This document shows positions 13,995-26,657 of a stretch of DNA of 64,000 nucleotides, piece by piece. The notes below the pieces were generated by a model. That model had not been told where the DNA came from. It was given only the letters and a program-made list of their open reading frames with translations, and searched no databases. The translations under genes were made by a program, and so were the position numbers. The first letter of the stretch is position 1, and each line of letters opens with the position of its first letter. Source of the DNA: Hypanus sabinus (taxonomy: Eukaryota); contig NC_082706.1 of NCBI RefSeq assembly GCF_030144855.1, positions 106,330,001-106,394,000 of the forward strand, given 5' to 3'.

Positions 13995-14610
13995 AACGTT
14001 AACTTTGTCTTAACACGAGGAATTCTGCAGACGTTGGAAATCCAAAGCAACACACACAAAATGCTGGAGGACCTCGGCAGGTCACATAACATCTTTGGAA
14101 ATGAATAAACAGTCGGGTGTCGGGATGAGACCCTTTTTCACGACTGGAAAGGAAGAAGAAAGACGCCAGAATAAAAAGATGAGGAGTCTGGGATGGAAGA
14201 TAGCTGGAAGCTGATAGGTGAAGAGAGATGGGTAGGAATGATAAACGGTGGGAGAAAAAGGAATCTAATAGGAGCGTTGATTGCTCTATTGGAGGCAGGG
14301 ATCAAGGAGGTGACGCAGGGTGAGGTGATAGGCAGGTGGGAAATAGAAGAAGTGGGGGGGGGAATATAATTTTTTTACCGGAAGGAGAAATCAATATTCA
14401 TGCCATCAGGTTGGCGTCTCCCCGAACGGAATGTGGGTTATTGTTTCTTCACCCCGAGGTACAAGAGGAGGCCATAGGCGGATATTTCATAACTGTAATG
14501 ACAAACAGAATGAAAGTGTTTGCCCACCAGCAAGTTCCGGTTTTGACCGATGGAGAACAGATGCTCGACGAAGCAGTCCCCCAATTTACGACAGGCCTTA
14601 CCAATTCGAG
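13995..14610 (-). mobile_element. Penelope-like element 3' fragment (paralogous insertion to 27380-28080)
   Basis: CAACACACACAAAATGCTGGAGG end and a degenerate GIY-YIG C-terminal region; same flanking site (TTAACACGAGGAATT) as the 27.4 kb copy. Confidence 0.75.
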
Positions 14611-14689
14611 GACTGAATCATGACTCTGGGCCTGTGTTCCCTGCAATTGTGAAAAATGGGGAGGGGTGCGGATCTTTTTGAAACCAATC

Positions 14690-15050
14690 AAATGCTGAAA
14701 GGCCGCGACAGAGCGGACTTGAAGAGGTTGTTTCCCATGGTGAGGAATCTAGGACCAGAGGGCATAGCCTCAGAATGGAGGACAGTCCATTTAGAATGGA
14801 GATGAGGAAAAATTTATGTTGCCAGAGAGTAATGAATCTGTGGAGGTCATTGCCACAGATGGCTGTGGAGTCCAAGCATTGGGTATATTTAAGGCAGAGT
14901 TTGATAGGTTCTTGATTGGTCAGGGCATGAAGGGTTTCGGGGAGAAGGCCGGAGATCAAGGCTGAGAGGGAAATGGGTCAGCCATGATGAAATGTCGGAG
15001 CAGACTCGATTAGCGAAATGGTCTGATTTTGCTCTTAGATGTTATGGTCT
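14690..15050 (+). mobile_element. CR1 3' end fragment
   Basis: TTTCCCATGGTGAGGAATCTAGGACCAGAGGGCA...GTTATGGTCT tail. Confidence 0.85.
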
Positions 15051-16229
15051 GAATGTAGGTGACGGAGCAGGTGAATAGGCAGGGGTATGGAGGGCTGTGG
15101 GCCTGGTGCAGGTCGATGGAACTAGCCAACTTAAATCTTTCCGCGGAGACTAGGTAGGTTGAAGGGCCAGCTTCCGTGATGTACTTTGCTATGTCTCTCT
15201 GACCGATCAATTTAATTTTCTTTCGATCAGGCCTTAGGTTTGTCCATGACCGGAGATACACAGGGTGTGCGAAGGGTGGACTGTAATCTAACAAATGACA
15301 AGGGATGCTCGGTTTCAATTTGACTTTGATCGTCTTGATAGAACAATGGAGGGAATGATAGGTAACAGCCTGGAGTGGGTGAAGGTGTCGCCAGAATCCT
15401 CTCTTAGAAAACCAGAACCTGGATCAGAAATAAACGTCACTCTGCGGACTTCAGTCACCAGTCGGTGGCGAGACCACTGCCGACATAAGCCGGGTGTAGT
15501 TCTCAACAAAAGCAGAATCTTTGCTATAAATGAGTAGCTCCAAACCTAGTGACCACATAAATAATACATTTATAGAACTATGTTTATATGATGCCCATGA
15601 TGCAGTAAGATTCCAATTGCGGTTTCACGGGAATGCAACTTAATATATGTGAAGAAGTCAGTAAAATGAGACTCTGCGTCAATTTCGTGCTTCAACGTAA
15701 AATAAATTAAGGTCTGGGAGCTATTCAATGACGAAAGGGTTAAATGCACAAGCAGTTGTATCCGCTTCTTCAGATTTCCTGGACACACCACAAGACAAGG
15801 AAACGGCACCGGAAGAAGAACGGAAAGACGAGGCCACCAGGCCCAGAGTCCTGCCTCAGCATGATTATTGCTATTATGCCCCAGGCCTCGGCACTTCTTC
15901 CATACAAGAGCCCTATTGCCTCCTGTTCTCCGATTCCTATATTCGTTATACTGCACAGATACAGGCACTTCAGCCCTTCTCGTCCAAACTTTCCAATGGC
16001 CTGTGGGAGAGAAGCAAATTTATTGTTTCAGGTCGAAATTTCAGATAAGTATCTAACAAGGGCCCAGAGACCAGAGATCCATTAAGATTCCGAAGAATCG
16101 CTTCCCTCTGCTAGAAGTTGTAAATGGCCCCCTATTCATTTAAGTGAGATCATGTCCTCTGGGCTGTAAGAGATCGTGATATAAGTGAACGCGATATTCG
16201 AAGCGAAGAGTTGGATGGAGAAGTTGTCC

Positions 16230-17045
16230 GGGCGCGGGTCCACTTTCCATCAGGGAGACGTTTGGCAGCTCTGTGGATATTGTGGGGGAGCATTGAAAGC
16301 AATGGCACTGAGGTAGGAAAGCAGCTGTGAGGGTGAAATAGGTTGAGGGGAAACGCAGTGTTCCATTAGAGGGCACTCCTCCAAACCGAAAGTGTTCCGC
16401 ACCCTGTACCATTGAGTGACAGGGTGAAAACACAGGCGTCACTATTTCCTTCGGAGTTTGAGGAGATTTGGTGTGTCAGCAGAGACTACTGTAATACTTT
16501 TACAGATATGAAAATGGAGGTCAGAATAATAGAGTGCTATGGGTAACCCTAGGTAATTTCTAAGTTAAGGACACGTTCGGCCTAGCTTTGTGGCCTGAAG
16601 AGCCTGTACTGTGCCGTAGGTTTTCTATGTTTCTGTGTTTCCTCATTCCACGGAGAATATTCAGCTTCTATAGATCCTCCTATGTAGGAGTTTTTAGAGG
16701 TTTGTAGATTGAAACAGATTCCTCACGGGCAGAACCATCCCTGCCATCGAAAGTATTTTAAGAAGCAGTGCTTTAATGACATTCATTATTAAAGACCCTC
16801 ACCTTAGAGGACATCTTTCGTGTTCTTACTGTCGGGAAGAGGCTTAAGATTCTAAATACCCACAGTCAACATTTTAACAACCGTTTCTTTCCCTCCACCA
16901 TCAGATTTTGAAAGCCGATAGGCTTCTTATTATTTATTAGTTTAGTGACTGGTACTAATGTTTCTGTCTTGCACTGTACTACTGTCGCAAAGCAGCACAT
17001 TTTCGCGCCTTACGTCAGTGGTAATAAGCCTGATTCTCATCTGAT
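16230..17045 (+). mobile_element. Decayed Rex1/Babar-like LINE 3' part, interrupted by a CR1 3' tip (about 16505-16635, minus); paralogues about 33410-34085 and 57975-58380
   Basis: Translates to YFLRSLRRFGVSAET..., then degenerate IIKDPH...LLSGR...FFPSTIRF, followed by a TAATAAGCCTGATTCT tail. Confidence 0.75.
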
Positions 17046-17389
17046 TCACCAACAGGTTCAGCAGAGCTGAACAATAAACGCGGAGCTCGGGATCCAGTGA
17101 CCAGGAACAAGGGAAAGTTGAGGGGTTCATATTGACAGGTTTCGGTAAGAGACAAAGGGGTCTTGCTGACAGTGAGGGTCGAGGAGCTGCAACGAGTTTG
17201 GCAAGCACCAGAGGATTAAGTCAGGTAGATATATTTCTGTAATTTTGGCCTGATACTTTAAATCTTCTTCACTCCACTAATATTGCCTACCTTGCTAAGT
17301 GTTTCCATAATTTCATAGTCTTATTTAGGATAAAGATCAGTTTTAATCGAAATAAATTGTGGAAACAGGACTGAGAGGTCAAGTGGCAT

Positions 17390-17618
17390 TGTGGGATATT
17401 CAAGTAAACCTCTCCCATTTATGAATGGAAGAAATAAACCGGGGCATGTACCGCCCCCTGACCGCCATCTCCTAAGAAAGGCGGCGCTACCAGTCTACTG
17501 TAAAGAAGTCATTTGGACACGGGCCGGTGTAGGAGCTGAGGCCGGTCCAACCCCGACACCAAGAGCTGATAAACTGCGGTTCCTTTCAGATTCCAAACAC
17601 TGACCCGGCGCAACAAGC
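17390..17618 (+). promoter_or_regulatory. Putative V promoter conserved in all four family-A genes (GC box; GATA/RUNX/ETS-like cluster just upstream of the ATG)
   Basis: The same about 330-bp block precedes the ATGs at 17619, 34573, 38078 and 58966. Here TGATAA 17567-17572, TGCGGT 17575-17580, TTCCT 17580-17584; CCGCCCC about 17451. Confidence 0.6.
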
Positions 17619-18053
17619 ATGTGGCAGGGTGCCTGGTTCGTGGTGCTGCTTTTCAGCTGTGCGTTACCAACTCCTCTTCAACTTTTATTACTCCTTCCCG
17701 CCGCGCAGATTCTTTTACCGTTTTTCTGCTCTTTTTGCAGGTGGAAGTGCGGCTCTTACCCTGATCCAGCCCAAACAATCGATTACAGTATCTGTCGAGA
17801 ACACTGCGCTAATTCGGTGTCAAGTGAACGGAGACACCATCAGCGACAGCAAACCCCTTCACTGGTACCAACAGAAACCCGGCAAACCTCTCCAAAGGAT
17901 ACTCTACTATGGAGATAGAGTAACGCGGGATTCGGGATTCGGGACATCCTTCGACGTGATAAAAAGTGCAAATAACGAAGTCTATCTCACAATCGAAGTT
18001 GACGCTGACAGCGCTGCCACCTATTACTGCGCCTACTGGTCCTACTGGGTTTA
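17619..18053 (+). CDS. TRGV: TCR gamma-like V segment A1, join(17619..17658,17741..18053), open frame
   Basis: Leader MWQGAWFVVLLFS, phase-1 GT..AG intron of 82 nt. V exon has C23, W41 (LHWYQQKPG) and YYC104-AYWSYWV, followed by an RSS. The gamma assignment is inferred from the CAYW end and the single 3' long-spacer RSS. Confidence 0.9.
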
Positions 18054-18091
18054 CACAGTGTGTAATAGAAAGCAAACTCAGCACAAAAAGC
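18054..18091 (+). other. RSS of V A1: CACAGTG - 22 bp - ACAAAAAGC
   Basis: Heptamer 18054-18060, nonamer 18083-18091, counted directly. Confidence 0.92.
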
Positions 18092-20059
18092 TCGACGAGC
18101 AGCCAGTCAACGGGAACCGCTGATCCGGCGACTGCAGCGACCCCCAGCTAGAATTGCGCTTACCTATATATGCCGTGCAGGAGTTGGTGTGTGCTCAGAA
18201 GGCAGGAACAGAAGCGCTTCGGCATGTCCGCAATTCCATTAGAAGGAAGGAAAGTCTTCCGCTTTAGCGACGAGGGTGCAGCCGTGGGCTCTTCCCCCGT
18301 GGAAACTAAGGGAAAGGGGTTCTATCACGAGAAACACGCCGCGTGACCTGGCGGTGGTGCGGCAGGGAGACTCGCATTGTCCGTCTCCGGGAGTTTCTCA
18401 CCATCCTTTGTTCCTGCGAGATTTACAAACTCACTCTCCGTTCCTCGTTTGAAAAATACTGTGGCTGCTAAAGTCACCGAATACATGCCTAAGACTTTTG
18501 CACAGTACTGTACATTAGGTATACGGGCCCCAATCTGCAGAACAGCCCTCCATTGATATCCTCTGGCTTCTACTACAAGGCAATTTGGTGTCCTTATAAC
18601 CTGCTCACCCTGATCCCATGTAACCTCCACCCCCCCCCCCATCCCGCAGATCAGAATGCCATGCGGATTCTTCTACAAGGCCTTGCTAAAGTCCATGAAG
18701 ACAAAACCGTACCCGCATTAATGATCACTTCTCCAATAATGTCAGTCAAGTCCAAGGCACGTGGCATTCCCATCCACTGAATATCCTGACTATCCCCAAT
18801 TAGTCTTGCATTTCCAAATGCTCTGAAATCTCGACCCTCAGAATTCCCTCCAGCGACTAGTCTGTATTTTGCTGACTTGTCCTAGCCTGGCTATGCTCCG
18901 TCTGCTCAAATATCTGTCGAAACGTGTTTCAAAAATAGTGATTGTGTCTGAATCCACAAACTGCTTTGACAGCATGTTCCAGAAATCATTCACTCCTTTT
19001 GTAACGATCCTCTGAAGTCCCACTCTCCTTCCCTGAAATTTCGAGTGTTGGATTTGTACCAAGCCACTACTGTATTTTGGTGGGCGAAGTAATATTATTC
19101 CATTACAGCAAACTCTTCTTCATTTTATTCAGAATAATATGACATTAAATCAGGATTAGAATAAGGATGGGATAGGATTGGACTGGAGTGGAATCAGTTT
19201 GCAGTAGAACGGGAAACTTCATCACTTCTATTCAAGAAACAATTAATTTCAAATTCTAACACTTGTGTCCACATTCAGAACTCTAAATTCAACCTACTGT
19301 CTACTTGTGCAATGAAGGGTATTAAGCTCGGACTTAGTCTTGAACCTCCAGATGAACAAAATTCCACCAACTAGATTTAACAATATATTCATAAATGGAG
19401 AGCTTCCTTTAATCTTTTCTCAATTAATTGTCATGAAGGTCTTTCCCTGTACTGTACTTCCATGGTAAAGGTTTATTCTTATTGGCTGCACTTTTTCAAA
19501 ACTAGAACAGTTGTCGAAGGTACTCAAGGTGTATTGTTTAGTGGCATTGTTCCATGGAATGGACAAGGCTAATTCCGCTATTAACGTTTATTTCATATTT
19601 CTGTATCTAGAAATGTTGAATAGTAATATAGAAAAACTCAACATTCACGCATTAAACCATATCACTCATCTGTGCAAAGCCACTGGTGGTTCCTTCTTTG
19701 GTCGTAAAAAGGGAACCTTCAAGACCTCTAAACAGCGCTCCCACGATGCAAATCATAACTGATACTAAGGGATTCACCACAATGAAAACTTCTTTCCTTC
19801 AGAGCCATTTCATTTTCAAAACTACACTTTCAAACTCACAATATACTTCGATAGTAAGTTATATCTCAGTCCGAATTTTTTTGTTATTAATTTATGCATT
19901 TTACATTGATTTAATGTATGATTAGAATCCATTCAGGAGGCGAATTACGTCAATGAACATTGTTTAAGTGATGTGAAAATTTCAAAACTTTGCAAAGTGT
20001 ATTCTGATATTAAAAAAAAACTACATTGAACTGATCGCCTACCATTAAACTGACTCGTA

Positions 20060-23000
20060 GGACTCAGAATAGGACGGATGGTAAAAAAAAACCCAAAGAT
20101 AATGTGCAGTCAGATTGTCAGGAAGGGCAGGGAGGTGATGGGACTTAGTTGCAGCCAACAGGCTGAATACCAAATCATTAGGGGTGTAGAATCAGAAAGG
20201 ATAGCAAATACGGTACTCAAGGTGTTTTATATAAATGTACATAGAATAACAAATAAGGTGGACGATCTTGTTGCACTATTACAGATTACCTGGTATGATG
20301 TTGTGGCCATCACTGAAGCATGGTTGTAGCCGGAGCTGAATGTCCAAGGTTGCACGTTATATATCAGAGGGATTGGATTCTAGGCAAAGGGGTTGGTGTG
20401 GCTCTACTAGTAACGTATGGCATCAAGTCAATGGAAAGAAGTGACATAGGATAAGAAGATGTTGAATTCTTGTGGGTTGAGTTCAGAAACTGCAAAGGAA
20501 AAAAGAAGTTGATGGCAGTTATATACAGACTCCCAACAGTGGCTGGGAGGTAGACCGCAGGTTACAACAGGAGGGAGAAAAGGTGAGTGAAAAGGGCAAT
20601 GTTATGGTAGTCATGGGAGATTTTAACATGCAGGTTGGGAAAATTAGGTTGGGAAAATTAGGTTGGGAATGGATCTTAAGAGAGTTAGTTTGTTGAATGC
20701 CTAAGAGATAGCTTTTTAGAGCAGTTTTTCATTGAGTGTACGAGCAGGTCAGCTATACTGGATTGGGTGTTAAGTAAATAACTGTAGGAAATTAGGGCGC
20801 TTAAGGTAAAATAACCCTTAGGAACCAATGAACACAATATGGTTGTGTTCAACTTGAAATTTGATAGGGAGAAAAGAAGTCTGATGCAGCAGTATTTCAG
20901 TGGAGTAAAGGAAATTATATTGGTATGAGAGAGGAGTTGGCCAAAATAAATCGGAAGGATTTTGCTAGCAGGAATGTCAGCAGAGCAGCAATGCCGTCTG
21001 TTTCTGGGAAAAATGAGGAAGGCGCAGGACATGTGTATTCCAAAAAATGAAAAAAATACTCAAATGGTAAAATAGTACAACCGTGGCTACAGGGGAAGTC
21101 AACGCTATTGTAAAGCAAAAGAAAGGGCATTCAACAAAGCAAAATTAGTGGGAATATAGAGGATTGTCAAGTTTGAAAAAACCTACAGAGCAACTAAAAT
21201 CATTAGCAGCAAAAAGATGGAATATGAAAGCAAGCTTTCAAATAATATCAAAGCAGATAGTAAAACATTTTTTAATTATGTTAAAATAAAAGAGACATGA
21301 GAGTGGATATAGGACCGCTAAGAATGCCATACTTTACTAGTAGAGCCACACCACCTCCTTTGCCTAAAATCCAATCCCTCTGATATAATGTGTAACCTTG
21401 GACATTCAGCTCCCGCTACAACCATGCTTCAGTGATGGCCACAACATCATACCAGGTAAAATGTAATAGTGCAACAAGATTGTCCACCTTATTTGTTATT
21501 CTATGTACATTTATATAAAACACCTTGAGTACCGTATTTATGAGAAATAATAACGGGGGACAAGGAGATGGTTAATGAGTATTTTGCTTCAGTCTTCACC
21601 ATTGAAGACACTAACAGTATGCCGGATGTTGTAGTGTGTGAAGGAAGAGAAGTCGGTGCAGTTACTGTTACAAGAGAGAAGGTGCTGAAAAACCTGAAAG
21701 ACCTAAAGACACATAAGTCACCTGGACCAGAGGAACTGCACCCTAGGGTTCTGAAATGGGTAGCGTTACGGTTTATATAAGGATTCCCAAGTCCCTCTGC
21801 ATCTCAGATTTTTGGATTTTCTCCCTGTTTAGAAAATAGTCTGCACATTTATTTCTAATGGTCTAACTGTTAGACCATTGTGGAGGAATTAGAAATGATC
21901 TTTTAAAAACCATTGGACTCTGGAATGGTGCCAGATGACTGGAAAATTGCAAATGTCTCTCCACTCTTTAAGAAAGGAGGAAGGCAACAGAAAGGAAACT
22001 ATTGACCAGTTAGCCTGACCTCACTGGTTGGGAAATATGCTAGATTTAATTGTTAAGGATGAGCTGATGGAGTACTTGGCAACACAGGACAAGATAGTAC
22101 AAAGTCAGCATAGTTTCCTTCAGAGAAAATCCTGCCTGACGAAGTTGTTGAAATTCTTGGAGGAGATTACAAGTAAGGTAGATAAAGGGGATGCAGTGGA
22201 TGTCGTATACTTGGACTTTCAGAAGGCCTTTGACAAAATGCCACACGTGAGGTTGCTTACGAAATCAATTGCCCATGGTATTACAGAAAAGTTACTAACG
22301 TGGTTAGAGAATTAGCTGATTGGTAGTAGGCGGCGAGTGGGAATAAAAGGATCCTTGTCTGGTTGGCTGCCAGTGACGAGTCGTGTTCCACTGGGGTCGG
22401 TGTTGAAACCACTTCTTTTTATGCTGTATATAAATGATTTAGATCATGGAATAGATGGCTTTGTTGTCAGGTTTTCAGATGATATGAAGATTGGTGGAGG
22501 GGCAGGTAGTGTTGAGGAAACAGGTAGGATGCAGAAGGACTTAGACAGATTAGGAGAATGGGCAAAAAGTGGCAATGAAATGCAATGTTGGAAAATGCAT
22601 GATCATGCACTTTGGTAGTAGAAATAAATGTGCAGACTATTTTCTAAACGGGGAGAAAATCCAAAAATCTGAGATGCAGAGGGACTTCTTGTGCAGAACA
22701 CCCTGAATGTTAAATTGCAGGTTGAGTCGGTGGTGAGGAAGGCAAATGTCATGTTAGCATTCATTTCAAGAGGTCTAGAATACAAGAGCAAGGATGTGAA
22801 GCTGAGGCTTTATAAGGCACTGGTGAGGCCTCACCTTGAGTATTGTGAACGGTTTGGGGCACCTCATCTTAGAAAAGATGTGATGGCATTGGCGAGGGTC
22901 TAGAGGAGGATCATGACAATGATTCCAGGGATGAAGGGGTTATCATATGAGGAACGTTTTATGGCTCCGGGTCTGTACTTGCTGGAATTCAGAATGATAA

Positions 23001-23400
23001 AGGGGATCTCATGGAAACCTTTCGAATGTTGAAAGGCCTGGAGACAGAGTAGTTGTGGAAAGGATGTTTCCCATGGTGGGAGAGTCTAGGACAAGAGAGC
23101 ACAGCCTCTGGATAGACGGGCGCCCTTTCAAGACAGTGATGCAGAGAAATTCTTCAGCTGAAGGGTCGTGAATTTGTGGAATCTGTTGCCACATGAAGCT
23201 GTGACGGCCTTTTCCTTGGGTGTATTTAAGGCAGAAATTGGGAGGTTCTTGATTGGACATGGCATGAAAGGTTATGGGGAGAAGGCCGGGAACTGGGGTT
23301 GAGGAGGGGATTAAAAAAAAAGGATCAGCCATGATTGGATGGCGGAGCAGACCCAATGGCTAGATGACCTCATTCTGCTCCCATGTCTTATGGTTATGGT
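20060..23400 (+). mobile_element. CR1 LINE (endonuclease to 3' tail) with two internal inverted self-copies
   Basis: FYINVHRITNKVDDL..WYDVVAITEAW, VYLDFQKAFDK, FSDDMK, RPHLEYC and a TTATGGTTATGG tail. It interrupts the paralogous AT-rich block, which resumes at about 23400. Confidence 0.93.
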
Positions 23401-26400
23401 CCAAAATATTTTAAATCAATGCAATTCATTTATGAAATGAGAATAATAATTGACAAGTTTGAGGTTAACTGTAAAGAACATACTATCAACAAACAATATA
23501 GAAAAAAAAACAAACAGTACTAAGGTGAGAAAACTGATAGTAATATGAGATGGCAGAAATTATTCATGCCATATAAATTCTATCTGTGGAATGTGACAAA
23601 TTAGAAACATTCAAAGATACTGTACAGTATCTACTGCATTGTAGTTAGTCTGATGACTTATGGATAGCAGTTTCTGCAGTATGAAAAAACAAACAAGAGG
23701 GCAAATGATACTACGGAGGCACCTGGAAATGCAGTTGTGCAATTGTCACCAGTGGTATTTGGACTGAAGTAATCTGCAAATTGCTGCAGAACACTGAAAA
23801 TTAATTATGATTACCGGAATGCCGGTTAGCTGTACATGTAGAAAAGCTGCAGTTCACTTGCTTTTATTTTTGTAGAATTACCTGATGTTGCCAGAAATTT
23901 GATTAGGTTCCGAGAGATTGGCTTTCGATTATAATTTCAGTCGTTATGCCCTGCTTTTCGTTTCTTCATGGAGTAATATATTTCCACTGTACTGATTTTA
24001 TTTTCACAGCGCTAATGCACACGCACAAGAAAATGTACACATAGTTTGAAACTAGAACCGGTAAATTTATGGAATGTTGCCCCAGCCTGCAAAGTCCATA
24101 TTCCTTGATGAATGAAACAATCCGTGACTAAATTTCGCTCAAAAAAGCCATTATCTCTAATTTTTCGAAACTTTTAATCTTTACACATCAAGGTCCATTA
24201 ATAAAACACCTACAAAAATGACAATGAATACAGAAGCATTACCAAACAGAAAAATGGGGAAATGAGGCATCCAATTTTGATGAAAATGTTAGGTTTTAAT
24301 GTCGGTCCCAAGGGAACGATGGTAGGTGGCAAAGCAGGGAGGTTCAGCATGACGTTCCGGAGATCAGGAGTCCACTATTTGAAGGCTACCAGTTGTTCAG
24401 TAATTAATTTCAAGGATTAACAAGAACAAGAAACGTGGGAACTAGTTATACTAAAACTGCCAAAAAAAGACAACGAAAAAGTTTGAAAATTAGATTGAAT
24501 TTTTTAGATTGAATTTGTTCATCATCTGTCTTATCAGTAGAAAGAGGCAGCGAAGGATCAAGGTGTAGGTGAACTCGACAGATACTTCACTTTTTACCTT
24601 AAACCACTGCACTTCGGTTTTCTCCATCCCAGTTAAGAGGAACAGGTCATTACCGTCTATCCTATCTATGCCCCTCTTGGTTCTGTTTACTGCGGTTTCC
24701 TCAGAACCCAGACCCTCCAGTGTCTTCTCATCACTGAAACTCTCCACCACAGGCAACATCATGATGAATGTCATCTGCACCCTCTCCCGTGCAATCGCAA
24801 CCTTCACATAGTTAGTAACCAGAACAGAACACATTCTCCATCTTTGGCTCCATACAAGTAAAATTGTGTCATAGATTCGCTGTTCTTATATTTAGCGATC
24901 CTTGGACTTGTAGTCAAAGCTTTGTTCGTCGCATTTCCTGGTGTCCGACCGTGTAATGTGTATGATTCGGTCTTGTTAGTCCTCCCATAAATGCCTCCAA
25001 ACACACTTATTAGGATTAAATTGCAGTTGCCAATTTTCTGGCCCTCTTCCCTATTGTCACTATCGTCCTGTTCCCGAGATTCCTTTGTGACACCCCTGGG
25101 TACTTTCTTTGACTGAGGGTAAATTGATACATTCGGAAAATCGAACACTCGTGAAAACGAATCAAACCAACAGTGTACACATGGAAGGCGTTGGAAGGAA
25201 GAATTCTGGTCCATAAATGCGATGGATGCTCGTCATCAATTCATGTTTAAATCAGGTATTGACGGACCTATCTCAACCAAAGTCATTAAAGGATGTATTA
25301 TGGGATCCAAAAGCGGTTGGGCTTGGTTTTCTGGATATCTTTGCCTGCATGCGGTTGTTTTAAAATATTATTCGTTTTAAAAGATAATTCGTTTTAAAGT
25401 GTTCTCTGTTTTCAAATCGGGAAATTCTGTGTATTTTCTGTTGGGGTGCGTTCATGGAAATCTAATGAACTATCTTAACAATAAAACACTCATGTGACAG
25501 GAAGTGCGGCCGTGTGCAGCAATAAAACTGCAATGTGCTGAAGCCACGTAGTCAGACAGCGTCAACAGGGGAGAAACTCATTGACGTGTCTGTATCAGGA
25601 TCCGCCAAAATGAATCCCTCTTTCCGCCCTGAACCCGTAGATTCAGGATTCCACGAGCGGCGTGCGGGTGAAGCGGCGGGGGCGCTTCGAGGGGCTAGGG
25701 GAGGGGATGGTGGGCAGGGTGGTTTGTGTCCAGCATTCCGTGTCCCAGAACAGGAACCAACTTCGGAAGTGAACCGCATTCCACATATTTTAATAAGTAG
25801 TAACTGGGAAAGACCGCAACCACTAGTGAGCGCAGGGCAGACCAAATTAGAAATTTTAACTTTAAAATGGCGAATCGGTTCCAGTGACAACGTAAACAAT
25901 ACATTAAAACCACGTAAGTAGAGGCTCGCGGTAAACAAGCCGCTGTTTCGTTTCAGTTGTGCTATGATTTATAGTAAAAGGAATACTTCAACTCTCGCCG
26001 ATATATAAAAAAAATTAATGGTTAAAACGAGGTCCGTTTTAAATCACGGTTTGTATTCTGTTTGTAATCTCCCTCGACCGCATGAAGTTGAGTTGAAAGC
26101 GATATATGGGTGGACTGAGGGATTTCTCCGCCGTTCCGTACGGATTTCCGCAGTCGGTCAGCTGATAGTAGCCACGCGGTGGTTGTGGGGATGCGATGCA
26201 ACAACCGTGCTGAGGGAGACCCGTCGTCATCTTGACGAATAGAAGGATGAAAGGGCTTGATAGCCTGCTTCTATTGCCACCTCCTCCAAAGATACTGGGT
26301 GCGGGGGGGGGGGCGAGTTGGTTAGCGCAAGTAACCTACGACAAGTAACGATTACTCGACCGTGGCCTTGTTCAGCCAGTTTTTACACCACCCCTCATTG

Positions 26401-26560
26401 TCAGATCTGCTGGTTTATACCTCCCAGCGAAAAGGGCGGAGGGAAAAGATGTGGAGGCTCCCCGGAAGGCTTTGTCACTCGATTAGTTTAAAATAAAGTT
26501 TAAAAAAAATCCAAATATTAATATACAATTCATCCTGTATACTAATTAGATCCCAATCAT

Positions 26561-26592
26561 CCTGACGAAGGGTCTCAGCCCGAAACGTCGAC
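26561..26592 (+). ncRNA. Minimal type-I hammerhead ribozyme-like core
   Basis: CUGACGA(A)-GGGU[CUCA]GCCC-GAAAC-GUC: catalytic boxes, 4-bp stem II (one G-U pair), ACGU palindrome in place of stem III, and a GUC triplet. Stem I is reduced to about 2 bp in this copy. Confidence 0.65.
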
Positions 26593-26657
26593 ACCGCTTC
26601 TCCCTATAGATGCTGCCTAGCCTGCTGTGTTCCACCAGCATTTTGTGTGTGTTGTTG
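26561..26657 (+). mobile_element. 97-bp Penelope-like 3'-end insertion flanked by a perfect 10-bp TSD (TCCCAATCAT)
   Basis: TSD at 26551-26560 and 26658-26667; GTGTGTTGTTG tail; the paralogous site near 12963 is empty. Confidence 0.9.

Larger units (their letters stand above)
9925..17620. repeat. Segmental duplication copy A (spacer upstream of a family-A V gene); paralogous to about 19660-34570 and partly to 60480-62700 and 57975-58965
   Basis: Colinear matches, e.g. 9940 GAAGACCTCTAAACAGC / 19718 / 60545; 11160 GGATCCAATTTTGA / 24268 / 61798; 12170 TGTTTAAATCAGG / 25244; 15660 CAGTAAAATG..GCGTCAATTTCGTG / 32853. Confidence 0.9.

Noticed and set aside
15728-16085. Paired 100-140 aa ORFs here and at 32937-33356 as a conserved small gene
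   Set aside because: The similarity comes from the segmental duplication; the frames are not conserved between copies.
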